Below are positions 1-11,900 of a DNA stretch of 64,000 nt, piece by piece; positions within the stretch are counted from its first letter, which is position 1; each line of letters opens with the position of its first letter. A program made the translations under genes and the position numbers. A model generated the notes under the pieces. The model was not told the DNA's origin. It saw only the letters and a list, made by a program, of their open reading frames with translations, and made no database searches. The DNA comes from Felis catus (Eukaryota), in NCBI RefSeq assembly GCF_018350175.1, contig NC_058383.1:8434001-8498000 (forward strand), written 5' to 3'.

Positions 1-624
1 TTCCTGTTGGGATATAACATAAATACATAAAGTGCCTTAATTGCATGAATCTTAATGATACCGTTCAATTCAATCATCTTTCATGTCTATACCTGAGTAC
101 CTGCCATCCGGATCAAGACATAGAGCATTTTCATCTCCCACAGGTTTCTCTCATGGCCCTTCCTCGCCCCAGAAATAACCATTATTCTGCCTTCTACCTC
201 CGTAAATTAGTTTCGCCTGATTTTGAACTCCACAGATGTGGAATCAAAAGGTAGGTGCTCTTAGACATCCAGGTCAATGAGTTGGAGATTAGAGTCCACA
301 CATAAACATATACAACTCTGTGGTCAGTTCATCTTTGACAAAGATGCCAAAATCATTCAATGGAGGAACATAGTCTCGCCCACAAATGGTGCTGGAAGAA
401 CTGGATTTACACAGGCAAAGAATGAAGCTGGACCCCTACCTCACACCATATACAACAACAATAGTAAAACCTTCAAGATGTCTCAGTGTCCTAAATGTGA
501 AAGTTGAAACTATCAAACTTTTAAAGGAAACAATAGGCATAAAATAACACTGTCAAGAAAAGGAAAAGACAACACACAGAATTGGAGAAAATTTTTGCAA
601 ATAATGTATCTAAAGAGTCTATAG

Positions 625-819
625 GGGGTGCCTGGGTGGCTCAGTCGGTTGAGCGTCCTAATTCGGCTCAGGTCATGATTTCATGGTTTGTCAGCTGTGC
701 TGACAGCTCGGAGCCTGGAGCTTACTCGGATTCTGTGTCTCCCTCTCTCTCTGCCCCTCCCCTGCTCACACCCTGTCTCTCTCTCTCAAAAAAATGAATA
801 AACATTAAAAAAAAAAAAA
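625..819 (+). mobile_element. Carnivore (feline) tRNA-derived SINE
   Basis: ggggtgcctgggtggctcagtcggtt head, CT-rich body, A tail. Confidence 0.9.
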
Positions 820-843
820 GAAATTATAAAGAATAACAACAAT

Positions 844-955
844 GGGGCATCTGGTTGACTCAGCTGGTAGACCATGCAACTCTTGATCTTGGGTTGGGAG
901 TTCAAGCCCCACATGGGTATAGAGCTTACTTTAAAACAATAAAAATTAAAAACAT
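844..955 (+). mobile_element. Short or older Can-SINE
   Basis: ggggcatctggttgactcagctggtag...gttcaagcccc tRNA-like head followed by an A-rich tail. Confidence 0.7.
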
Positions 956-1699
956 TTTGAAAAACCCACAGAAAATAACAGTGCTGGTGAGGATGTGAAG
1001 AAAGTAGAAGAACCCCGAAACGTTACCGGTGGGAATGTAAAATGGTGCAGTCACTTTGAAAAGGTGCTTAGCAGTTCCTGGAAAAGTTCAGCGTCCATGC
1101 GACCCATCGATCCTACTCTTAGGTGTTTGCCCAAGAGAATCAAAAACATGCTCACACAAAAACTTCCCGTGAATGTTCACAGCACTGTTATTCATAAGAG
1201 CCCCCAAAGTGGGAACATCCCTCAAGCCCATCCGGAGATGAACAGAGGAACACAGTGTGGTCTAGCCATACGACGGAATGTTATTCAGCTATAAAGAGGA
1301 GTGAAATACCGCAACACAGATGAGCCACGGAAACATTACGCTAAGAAGCCAGACACAAAAGGCCATATATCGTATGACTCCATTTACGTGAAATGTCTAG
1401 AGTAGGCAAATCCATAAAGAAAGTACATTGGTGGTTGCCAGCATAACTTGGCACGGAACGGATGGGGAATGATTGCCAACGATTTCTCTCTGGGGGCAAT
1501 GGTAATGTTCTAGATACAGACAGTGGTGATGGTTGCATGACCCTGGGAGTGTACTAACAGCCACTGAAGGATACACTTTAAAAACGGTGGATTTTATGGT
1601 ACACGAATTATATCTCAATAAGAGAGTTATTTTTAAATATATTCTCATTAAAATAAGTTAAAGAAGGAAGTATACTCTGTTGGTGTGTGTGTGTCTTGT

Positions 1700-1806
1700 T
1701 CTTTTTTAAAGACTTTAAATAATCTCTACACCCAACGTGGGGCTCGAACTCACAACCCCAAGAGCAAGAGTCGCACACTCCTCCGACTAAGCCAGTCAGG
1801 TGCCCC
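1700..1806 (-). mobile_element. Short or older Can-SINE
   Basis: Reverse-complement head (...ggggctcgaactcac...gccagtcaggtgcccc). Confidence 0.7.
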
Positions 1807-1917
1807 TTTTGTGTGTCTTCTTCCGCACAATGTCATAGATCAGAGTCACCTTGTTACGGCGCGTGTCAGCTTCGTCTTACAGCTGTGTGGTGTTCCAATG
1901 TGTGGACATCTTACCAT

Positions 1918-2125
1918 TTATTTATTTTAAGGTTTATTTATTTTTGAAACAGAGAGAAAGCACAAGTCAGGGAGGGGCAGAGAGAGAGAGGGAGACCCAG
2001 AATCTGAAGCAGGCTCCAGGCTCTGAACTGTCAGCACAGAGCCCAACATGGGGCTCGAACCCACAAACCAAGCTTGTGACCCAAGCCGAAGTTGGACTCT
2101 TCACTGACTGAGCCACCAGGTGCCC
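1918..2125 (-). mobile_element. Feline Can-SINE
   Basis: tttatttatttttga tail, gagagagggagac body, gagccaccaggtgccc head. Confidence 0.9.
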
Positions 2126-2743
2126 TGGATTTTTGAAAAGTCTATTCGGAATATGAGATCTTTGTCAAAATCTATTCCCAGCACTGGGCTTTGCCTTTTC
2201 ACACTCTTCAAGGTGTCTTTGCTGAGTGGAAGTTTTTAATTTTGAAAAAGTCCGTTTGATGAGCTTTTATTTCATGGTTGGTGCTCGGTGCATCCTGCTC
2301 AAGGAGTCCTCGCCTACTCCTTACGTGTCCTTTGCATCCACCCCCTCGTCGCCACCTTCTTGGCCTCAGCCCAGCTCCCAGCTGCCGGGTCCCCTCTGGG
2401 CTGCTCCGACCCCTCTCCCCGTGTCTCCACCCCGATTCTTGTCTTCCTCACTGCGTGGCCTTCTGGCTCAGGGACAGGGCTTGCTCCTCTGCTGTGTCCC
2501 CCGGACTGGCACGGGGTCTGGCCCGCCCTAGGTGCCCAACCAAAGCTCCATTAATGAAGGCAATGTCCTGTGGCCCAGCTGGGGACCGTTAAAACTGTCA
2601 ATTAGCTCTAAACACCAGCTCATCAGGAACATTTGAGCAAAGCTGGGGAAGTAAAAATTTTGGAAAAACCAACAACGCGGGAATGTTTCGCTTTCTCCCC
2701 CACCGGGACATTAATCACAAAAACTCAGGCCTTGTTTGCACGA

Positions 2744-2749
2744 TTTATT
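2744..2749 (-). terminator. Polyadenylation signal AATAAA of MYL10
   Basis: Plus-strand tttatt = AATAAA on minus, ~135 nt after the stop codon, followed by a U/GU-rich stretch (gagtttttgtgatt). Confidence 0.8.
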
Positions 2750-2884
2750 CTTGCTTTGCCCCCAGCCCACGGGGCGAGGGGAGCCTTTTCTTTACACGCA
2801 TTGGCTGCGGGGCCTCCCCAGTGGCCACCCCCGAAACACCGCCGGTGTTTGCCGCCTCTGAAGGTGGGGGGGGCCCTTGGACCC

Positions 2885-2983
2885 CTAGTCCTTCTCTTCA
2901 CCATGGGTGATGATGTAGCACAGGCTCCTGTAGTCCAGGTTGCCACACACGTCTGGAGGGAAAGCCGCGAACATCTGCTTGAC
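2885..2983 (-). CDS. MYL10: MYL10 exon 7 coding part (99 nt; [32 protein letters not shown])
   Basis: Acceptor cctcccccag|GTC and TAG stop at 2887-2885. Typical RLC C-terminus ITHGEEKD. Confidence 0.96.
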   Translation of the reverse strand, partial: VKQMFAAFPPDVCGNLDYRSLCYIITHGEEKD

Positions 2984-5900
2984 CTGGGGGAGGAGCAGGG
3001 AGTCGGCCCGGATGACGGTCGGGAGCAGGGGGTCACCCGAGGCCGTGGGGCACAACATCGCTCCCCTGTCTGCGGTTGGAGGCAGGGATGGAGGGCCCAG
3101 AGGCCGGGGTCCCACGGCCGCCCCCACCCATCCTTGTTCTCATCCAAGGGGGTCATCACCTCAGCATCTGAGGAAGAGCGATCTCCAGAGGAGGGGCTGC
3201 TGAGATGGGCCCGGGGCCGGCCCGCACCTTCCAGAAAGATCAGCAGCCCCGGGGCGGGCGGAGCCCTGAAAAGCCCGCACTTACCTCCTCCTCACTGAAC
3301 CGGTCCGCCTGGGTCATGAGTTTCTCTTTGATGCTGCTCAAAGAAGAGGAAGGGCCACGTTCAGGGGAAGGGCCATCCCGGGCGTGCACGCGCAGGTTCC
3401 GGGGGTCATGAGGGCAGGCAGGCTGTGGGGAGGACCCCTGCCCCAGGAGGACACCAACCAGATGTCTGTGTCGCCTGGGGTGGACCCCTCGCCTCTCGGC
3501 CTCAGTTTCCTCCTTTGTAACACACACTCTCCTCCACACATCAGGCGGGGACCAAAAGAAGTGAACTTGGGGCCCTGACATGACCTTAGGGCCCACTCTG
3601 ATGTCCCATCATGCAGTAATAATCAACCTCCAGGTCAGGGAGGGGAGCCCCTCTTTCTCGGTTCTAGATGGACCACTATTCCAGCTGGTGCCTCTGGCTG
3701 ACGTCTACACGGGGCTTTCGAGAGTACAAGCTGGTCGCGCTCAGCCAGGGGTCGGGCTGAGCCCATGTCCCGCCCGGGTCTCATTTGCTCCTCCTGGCCC
3801 TGGAAGTGAGTGCCAGCGGTCCCCCATCACCAAGGGAAACTGAGGTTCAGGAAGGGTAAGGATTTGTGGTGGCGGGTGGGGCCCATGTCCCTGGGTGGTC
3901 CTGGGGAGCAGCTGTCCGCGGGGCCCAGAGGAGCAGCAGGAGGTGGGGCAGGACAGGAGTAGATGGGCCCTCAGGGGACACGGCGGGCGGGGGAGGGACC
4001 CCAGGCCCGAGCGCCAAGCGTCCCGTGGCGCCAGCATGGCAAGCCCGCTAAAGGCCGACGCACATTTTCCATTATTTACGTTACTGTGGGACAGTCACAG
4101 TTTCCAGCTCTCCGAGCTGGGGACTGTTCACAGACTCCGTCGCTGGCAGAGCCTCTGCTGTGGCCTGCCTGGCGGGCAGCCACGTCCTCCGGGTCCGGTA
4201 CCCCGGGGGGTGGGGCCTTCGGTTCCCAAACTGGGTCCCTAAGGTGTTCCTGGCCCCGCACTGGTGGATCCCGACCACCGCGGGGGTCGCCCTCAGTGCC
4301 TCCCGGGGTCCCCCAAGATGGGTGTGGGAACCGTGGACCCCTGGAGGAGGGGTGAAGGAGAGGGTCCCAGCCTGCAGGAACCCTGAACGTCCCCTTGTCT
4401 ACCCCTGGCGAGCATGTGACTCACAACTTTGGGGGCTGGGGGCCGGTGAGAAGGTGTGAGAGTAGACAGACCCTCCCTGTTTCACCACTGCCCAGCCCCC
4501 CACCCCCACCCCTGTTATGTGATGATTCTAGCAGGCAGCAAATCTAGCCTCAAAGTCAAGGCCTCAAGCATCACAGTAATCCGCCAGAAAGCCCGTGCCT
4601 GGGGAGGAAACTTGCCTGTGTCCGGGTTACCCACAGGCCCAGAGAGACCTTGGAGGCTCTGAAGGGACCGCCCAGGGACAGTTCCGTGTCCTAATCCCTG
4701 GGCAGGCCGCCCTTGCCCCCAGCCCTTAGTTCTCTGCCCAGTGCTCTCGCTGGGCTGAGGATAGCGGGCGTCTGAGCCCCCACCTCTACAATGCCAGCCC
4801 AGTGGCCCGCCAGACAGCTGCCCTCAGCCGCTCACGCTGCGCGTCCCCAGCTGAGCTGGTCCCTTCCCGTGTCCCCTCCCCCATACCTCTCCCCAGAACC
4901 CTGGATCCTATTGGCACTGGCCTCCGGTGTTTCAACGACCCATCGGCTCCCCTCTGTGCCCACCCTCGCGATGACCGTGACCCCGTCCTGCCTCCACCAG
5001 GCTGGGGGTCATCTCGCCCCATCTAACTCCACCTCAGGCTCTCCCATGCCCCCAACGTGGACCCGGAGTCCAGCCACCCCCTGGCCAAACTCGCAATGCC
5101 AAGCCCTGGCCTTTCACCGCCGTGTTCCTGCATCTAGAATGTTCCCTTCCCCAGCCTCGGCAACCCATAGTCGCCCTTCAAGGCCCCCCTCTACTGCCAC
5201 TCCCTCTCGCCACTGGGAAACCCACCCCTGGTGACTCCATACTCCCCGTACAGTTCCACACAGAAGTGGGGACACTGAGGCCCAGAGAGGGGAAGGGGCA
5301 CATCGAGTGACGGCTCAGCTGGGCAGGGTGGCGCCCTCCTGGCTCCCAGGCGCACGGTGCCTGAGCATCGGGTCGGGAGGACACTGAGCCGCCATCCAGC
5401 CTGACTTCACTCCAGCTCACTTATCACCTGAGCCTCTGGGGAGAGAAAACCCAGAACGGAGGACAGAGGGGACTTACAAATCAGCCTTGACGAAACCTTT
5501 CCCTTCGGTGTCAAACACCTTGAAGGCGTGGAGAATGGTCTCCTCTGGGTCCGTTCCTGGAAGCAGGACACACAAGGCAGGGAGAGAGCTAGCTAGGGTG
5601 ACGAGGCCAGGCCAGGCCAGGGCTGGGCAGGGCTGGGGGTGGAGGGGCTTCCTCCCCTCCAGAGCGGGGGCCAGACCCAGTGGAAGCAAGAGAAGGGAGG
5701 CTCCTGAGAAGCGAGGAGTGGGAGCAGCAGGAAGGGCTGTGAGCGGCCTGCCCCGCGGTGCGTGGACACCCCAACTGAGCACTTGGTTCATGCCTCCCCC
5801 TCCTGACGGCTGGCCTGATTTTGGAGACGGAGGAACTGAAGCTCAGAGGTCGTGATTAGCGAGGTGGGGGCGGGGCACAGCCAGAGCAGTCCCCGCTCGA

Positions 5901-8900
5901 CCACCCCCGCGGCGCGGGTGTGGCATCAGAAGCGTGTCGACTTCCGCAACAGGGTCGAACGCCCAGCCCCCGGTTGTGCAGATGGGGAAACTGAGGCCCA
6001 GAGAGACTCGGGGTCTCGCCCAAGGCCTCACGGCTTCTGGATGACGGCAGGCGACCTGGTGACCCTTGCCTGAGCGCCTTGCCCTCCGCCACACTGCCAC
6101 CCTGCTCACCGCAGCCCAGGGACGTCCCCTTCTTTCTTCGAGGCCCAGCTCCATCACCAGTGAAATGGAGGCAAGGATGGTGGTTGCTGCCGCCTCCCGG
6201 GATCAGTTGACAGAGACGGGTCGTCAATGGTAAAGATCTTGTCAAACACGGATTGATCACGGTCACAGACACCTCTGAGTGCTCCGTGCCATTTTATCTC
6301 ATGGAAACCCCAGGACACCCCGTGGGGTAGGTATTGATGTCCTCAGTTTGTCAAAGAGGAAACTGAGGCAGAGGGGGGCTCTGCGCTTGCCTGAGGCTCC
6401 CACTAATGAGGGGAGGGAGGGTTAGAAGCCAGGTCTTTGGACTCCAGAGCCCTCACTTGTTGTGCTGCTCTGGGCTCCTGCCCGGCAGACTGGAGCCTTG
6501 CTAGGACAGGAGTCTTGCTGTCCGGGTCATTCGGTGCCTCTGAGGCTGGCCGAGCGACCGAGTGCTGGCCTGGGGATTCATGGAGGGCACGGCAGTGGGC
6601 TTCCTCTGGGGAGGGCAGCGGGGAGCCCGTGTGCCCAGCCCGGAGGCTCAGCCCAGGGTCCAGCTGGGGCAGAGCCCCAGGCCCTCACAGCCTGGCCACG
6701 AAAGCAGAGAAGGGGTGCCCGAGGGATTATGGTGGGGGGCTGGTGGGAGCTCTCGGCCTCCCAGGGTTTTTGAAGAGCCCCGGCAGTAGGGGCAGGTGGC
6801 TCCAGCTCACTTTTCTGAGGACCAGCTACTCGGGGCTCAGGCCCAGTGGCCGGACAGTGACCACAGCTCGATCCTCCTGTCCCTCCTCCCAGAGAGGCTC
6901 TCTGCCCCGCGGACTGCGAACCCCACCAGATGGGGTGCAGTGGCCGTTGGGACCAAGTGTCCGCGCCCCAATTAGAGGATGAGGCGGTGCCTGTCCTTGC
7001 CCCCGGCTCCTGTCCCCACCACTGGCCAAGCGTGCAGGCTCAGCCAAGTTCACATGACAGGCTCAGATGGAACCCCTGTCCTGCCACGCCCGCAAAAAAT
7101 GAGAAAAAGCTGCAGTCTCTTGGCCCCGCCTGGCCCTGGGTCATAACTGTTAGCTCAGCCGTGCACGACATGAACTTCAGGCCTCCCCGCAGAATCACTG
7201 GCCGGGGTCACGCGTGTCTTTCCCAAGAGCGGACCCTGGGCCCAGCCCCTGGGGCCCAGTTCCAGCAATAACCCCTAACGGCTTCCCGTCCCGGAGGAGG
7301 GCCAGGCCCAGGCTCCATGTCTGGCCCTCGGTCTCCTCGTCGCCACCCGTGGGAGGGTGGGGCTGTTAGGTCACAGGTCAATTGTTGACCTTCTAGCTCC
7401 AGGATCAGGCAGGACAGTGAGGACAGCGTGTGTAGAGGTGATTGTACCTTCTGGGAGGACACAGCCCATGAAGGTATTATGATTTCTTGCCAGACGCAAT
7501 CTGTGATGCTGCTGGGGGTCCACCCCTGCAGTGGGGTTGATGGTGGCCCCCAGAACATACGCCCGTGTCCTCGTCTCCGGAACCTGGAAATGTCACCTTA
7601 CTTGGAAAAAGGGCCTTTGCAGATGTAAGGAAATGTTGAGATGGGAAATCACCCTGGGCTGGTGGCCCTAAATCCAGTGACAAGTGTCCTGCTGAGCTCA
7701 AGGCAGGGGGAGACGGACAGACAGAAGAGGAAGGAGCAGTGTGGCCACAGAGGCAGGATCTCCCCTAGAGCCTCTTGCCAGATGTCGGGCTTCCAGACTC
7801 CACAACTGAGAAACACGTTGCTGCTTTTGCGAGCCACCAGCTTGTGGTTATTAGCTAGAGTGGCCTCAGGAAACGAACACAACCCCATTTTACAGACAAA
7901 AAAACCGAGGTGCAAAGCAGACGAGACTTGCCCGGGGTCACCCTGGGGGTCAGTGGGAGGGCATCAGGCAGCCTGGCGGGGGGGAGGGGGGGCGGTGACA
8001 AGGCTCACCTCCCAGAGCAGCCACAGCCCAGACCGGCAATTCCTTCTGACCCTAGAATCTTCCAGCCCAGGAAGATGTTACTGAGGGGTGGAAGGTAGCT
8101 CGCCGCGGCCCGGAGAGAAAGGGACAGAGTTGCCCTGACCCCAGGGTGTGGTGGTAAGAGCTGGGAGCCGTGGTTAGGTTCTCTCCCCCGCCACTTTGAT
8201 GCTGGGACACCCGGGGCAAGGGTGGTGACACCCCTCAGCCCCTTGATCCTTTCCCTGCAAGCTGTGTGAGTGACCTGTCCAGCCCCGGGGTCAGCCACAG
8301 GAACTTCCAGAACCCCCTCCAGTGCCCCTGCTCCCATCGGCAGTGGGTAATGAGGCAGAGCAGGTAAGACGAGCGAGCCCGGGGGGTAGGGAAGCGGGGC
8401 TGGGGCCCCGTCCTGATGGTGGGCGGAGGGTTTTCTCACAAAACTGTCCCGTTGGCGCCCCCCACCCCCAGCCCTGCAGGCGGGTGTTATTACAGTTACC
8501 GCTACTCTGTGGTGTAGAGGCCCCTGGGGTGGGGTGTGTGCACCCAGGGGGCTGGCGTCTGGGGGCTACACCTCGCTCCCAGCTGTCCGCACACAGGACC
8601 AGGCGGCCCAGCCGCTCCCCGGGGCCACCCAGGGCCTCACTCACCCTTCAGCTTCTCCCCGAACATGGTCAGGAAGACGGTGAAGTTGATGGGCCCGGGG
8701 GCCTCCTTCACCATGGCCTCCAGCTCCTCGTTCTTCACGTTGATGCGGCCTGGAGGAGGGGAGGAGGGGGGACACCCAGGAGCATAATGAGGGACAGAGG
8801 GGCCCCTGCCTGCAGGCAGTTCCAGGAGAGCAGAGCTCAGGACCAGGGAGCTCAGGACAGGGTCTCCCAGCTCAGCTGTCCTCAGGCCCTGCCTACCTGC

Positions 8901-11900
8901 CCGGGGACCTCAGGAAGGGCGACACATTCAGCCACAGTCAGCGCTCCCAGCCTCCCCCACTCCCGCCACCACCTCAGCCTCCTTAGAAAGGAGAACCAGT
9001 TGGTGATTATCCCCATTTTGCAGATGAAGGAACTGAGGCCCAAAGAAGGTGGAGCCCAGGTGCATAGAGGCCGGAAGACCTGGGCCTCGGGGCTCATGGG
9101 CCCCGGGATGAGGTCAACTGGAGGTGGGGGACTCGGGTTCCCCATGGTCCCAGCGGACAGTCACATCTCCAGGAGCTCCAAGTTCAGTTCAGACGGGACT
9201 TGGTTATGCCCTCTCCCCCCGGCCTGACCCCCATCCCATTCATGCCTGAAGGCCTCTCCCTGGGCCCTTAGAGGTGCAAAACCCTCCCCTGGTAACCAAA
9301 GCCGGGCAGCCTTGAGTCCTGCGGACGTGTCCAGCCTCTTGCCCCAGCATCCCCCACTGCTCTCTTGACCCCTGACCCCACCTGGGCCTTCCAGGCCAGG
9401 CCTTTGCAAGGGCCATTCCCGCACCTGAAGGAGCCCCCCCCCCCACCAACCTTCCAGGCACTGGCTGCCCCTCCCCTGCCCCCCGATGGCACCCAAGCCC
9501 CTGTTGTCCCCAGCCGCCCCCTCCTCCCGGAAGGGCTGGGCTCGGTTCCACCCCAAGCCCAGAGCCTCTACAGCTGCTGGTCACGCACCCAAGGCAGCAA
9601 AGGTGTCTCTCAGGTCCTCCTTGTCGATGAAGCCATCCCGGTTCTGGTCCATGATGGTGAAGGCCTGGTGAGACGTGGGTACTGAACGGCCAGCAACCCA
9701 CCCACCTGAGCCCGGGCTCCACAGACCCCTCCAGCCGGCTGCTGTCCCGGCTCAGATGGCACCAGCCAGAGAGCGTCGGCTAACCCACTCTGCTCCCGCT
9801 GCGTGCCGGGCGCCACGCCCGTCCCTCCCCCTCACGCTCACAGCAACCCCATTTTACAGAGAGGGAAACTGAGGCTCAGAGAGCAGAAGGACTCTCCCGA
9901 GGTCACACAGCAAGCAAAGGAGGGGCGGGGGCTGCCCAAGGAAGACAAGTCACACCTCTAGACGGGGAGGGGCACCGGGGTGGCCCCTGAGAAGGGTGAC
10001 ATCATCACCCCCAGGGACTGAGGGCGACCCAGGCCTCGCTGGCCCCATGGGTGCTTTCCGTGCGTGGCATTAACCCTCCCGGTGGCCCCAGAGGGCACTG
10101 ACCAACCTCTTTAAACTCCTGGATCTGGGACTGATCAAACATGGAGAAGACATTGGAGCTGGCTCCGCCCTCCGCTCTCTTGCGGGCCCTTCTCGGTGCC
10201 TGTGAGATGCCAGCGGGGGGCATTGCAGAAACCCTTCCTCTGGAGGTCAGCCAAGCACCCGGCCCGCCCTTTCGTCCCACCTCCCAGAGTGTCACGGTCC
10301 CCAACGACACGGCCACCCCCGGCTGCGGGGTGTAGCAGACAGACAGGGCTCCTGAGGAAGCCTTGCGGATCCACTGAGGCCAGGGGCCTGGGGGCCCCCT
10401 CCCCACCCCACGGGCCAGTCAGTGGCTTCCTGAGCTGGTGGGGGGAGACCCAGGCAGGACAGCAGAGAGGACACCGTCCGGCCACGGCTCCCTGTGTCCA
10501 TCCCATCTGCGGGCTCCCCTGCGCCCACCCAGGGCCCGGCTCAGAGTGCGGATCCGTCGGGAAACGGCTGCCCAGAGCTCAGGGCCCATCTCCGCAGCAG
10601 GTAGCGCAGGCGGCCACCCACGGGGAGGGTCTCCGGCCAGCCTTCCTGCCTCCACTTGCTTCTTTCAGGATGTCAGGGGCCCGAGAGCCCACTGCTACGC
10701 ATTCCCTGAAACCTTTGGGTCCCCGAGATTCCCCCAGGGGGCTTTTCCCTCAGCAGCCATCACCGGGGCTCAGGCTTGGCTGGCGGTCGGTCGAGCAAGG
10801 ACAGCCCGGGAGGGGGAAGGCGGGGTCCCCACGGACAGCGGCTTCCCGCCCCCAGCCCCCCACCCCCAGCCCCCGCCTCCATCTCAGCGGGCACCGCCCT
10901 CCGTGCCAAGCCCCCTGCCTACCCCACCCCAGAGCGTGGGCTCCCCCTGCACCCCAGCCCCTGTGTGGTCTCCCCTCCCCGAGCTCGCTCCTTCCCCCCA
11001 CCCCCACCCCGCCCCCACCCCCACTCCCCCTCCGGCTCCCAGGCTGACTTATAATTAGCTTTTACTGGGTGCTTTGTCTCCACTAATCCTTTGAAAGGGG
11101 GCTGGCAGGGTAGCCAGGACGTTATGATGCTGTAAAACCTCTGTAATATTTATAAATCCCTTCAGACATCATAAAGAAAGGAACCTCCCTGAGGAGCTCA
11201 TCTCGCATAATTACATATACATTTCCCTCTGATTAATAAAAAACAATCACTTCCGTCTGTGGGATATTCTGCCCTTTCTCTTCTCAGACCTGCCCTCGAC
11301 CTTGGCTTCCCCCATCCCTGCCTCAGCCAGCCTTTCATGTCCCTCTTGTGGAACGTCGCCCCACTGTGTGCCGGGCCCTCTTCCAGAACCCCCAAGAGGA
11401 GACGGGACCCTGAGCCCCAGAGCCCTGACCTGCCTTCTGATCTCCCAGCTGGGACCCCGGCCAGCCCAGCTGTCTTGGAATTTGCCTTTTGCACTGTACC
11501 CCTAGAAAATAAAAAATCTTCTGAACGGAACACCTCGGGGCAGAAGGGGGTCACCGGACCTGAGTTCTAATCCTGGCTCTGCTGCTCACAGCCCCGTGAT
11601 ATTGAGAAAATCAGTGGCCTTCTCTGAGTCTCAGTGTCCCCATTTATGAAACCAAGGTAATGCCTCCTTCCGAGCATCGGGACATTTATTAGGCACCTGC
11701 TGACCTCCAGCCAAGCCTTGTGCCCAGTCCCAGGGACCCAGAGCTGAATCAGGCCCTGTCTTGTCCCCAAGGAGCCCCCAGTCCAGCCGGGAGACAGGTG
11801 ATCAGTGGAGAGCGATAGAGGGAGAGGCAGACACTGAGGACACAGAGAAGCCCCTGGGCCACTGGGCCACTCAGGGCAGACCTCCCGGAGGGGGTGGCTT

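Larger units (their letters stand above)
270..1625 (+). mobile_element. Degenerate LINE-1 (L1M-type) ORF2 C-terminal and 3'UTR fragments, interrupted by SINEs
   Basis: Translations GQFIFDKDAKIIQW, EKIFAN and GGNVKWCSHFEK resemble L1 ORF2. The segment ends in an L1-like 3' end (attatatctcaataa). Confidence 0.8.

Noticed and set aside
6923..6937. CCACCAGATGGGGTG, a CTCF-like word in intron 4
   Set aside because: Lacks the GGCRC end of the core motif; too weak to call without a PWM scan.
8322..9227. 301-aa plus-strand ORF
   Set aside because: Antisense to MYL10 exon 4 and its introns, includes MIR-derived sequence, and has low-complexity P/G/R/S composition with no recognisable domain; consistent with a chance ORF in GC-rich DNA.
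10005..10406. ORF suggesting an extended MYL10 N-terminus (…[15 protein letters not shown]…)
   Set aside because: The in-frame sequence upstream is intron read-through. A good acceptor (ctcacag) precedes APRR, and the ATG|GT exon at 12545-12547 explains the start better. Use of the in-frame ATG cannot be fully excluded without RNA data.
10196..11058. Long Pro-rich ORFs (283 and 206 aa)
   Set aside because: Produced by C-rich intronic tracts that lack stop codons; antisense to MYL10.
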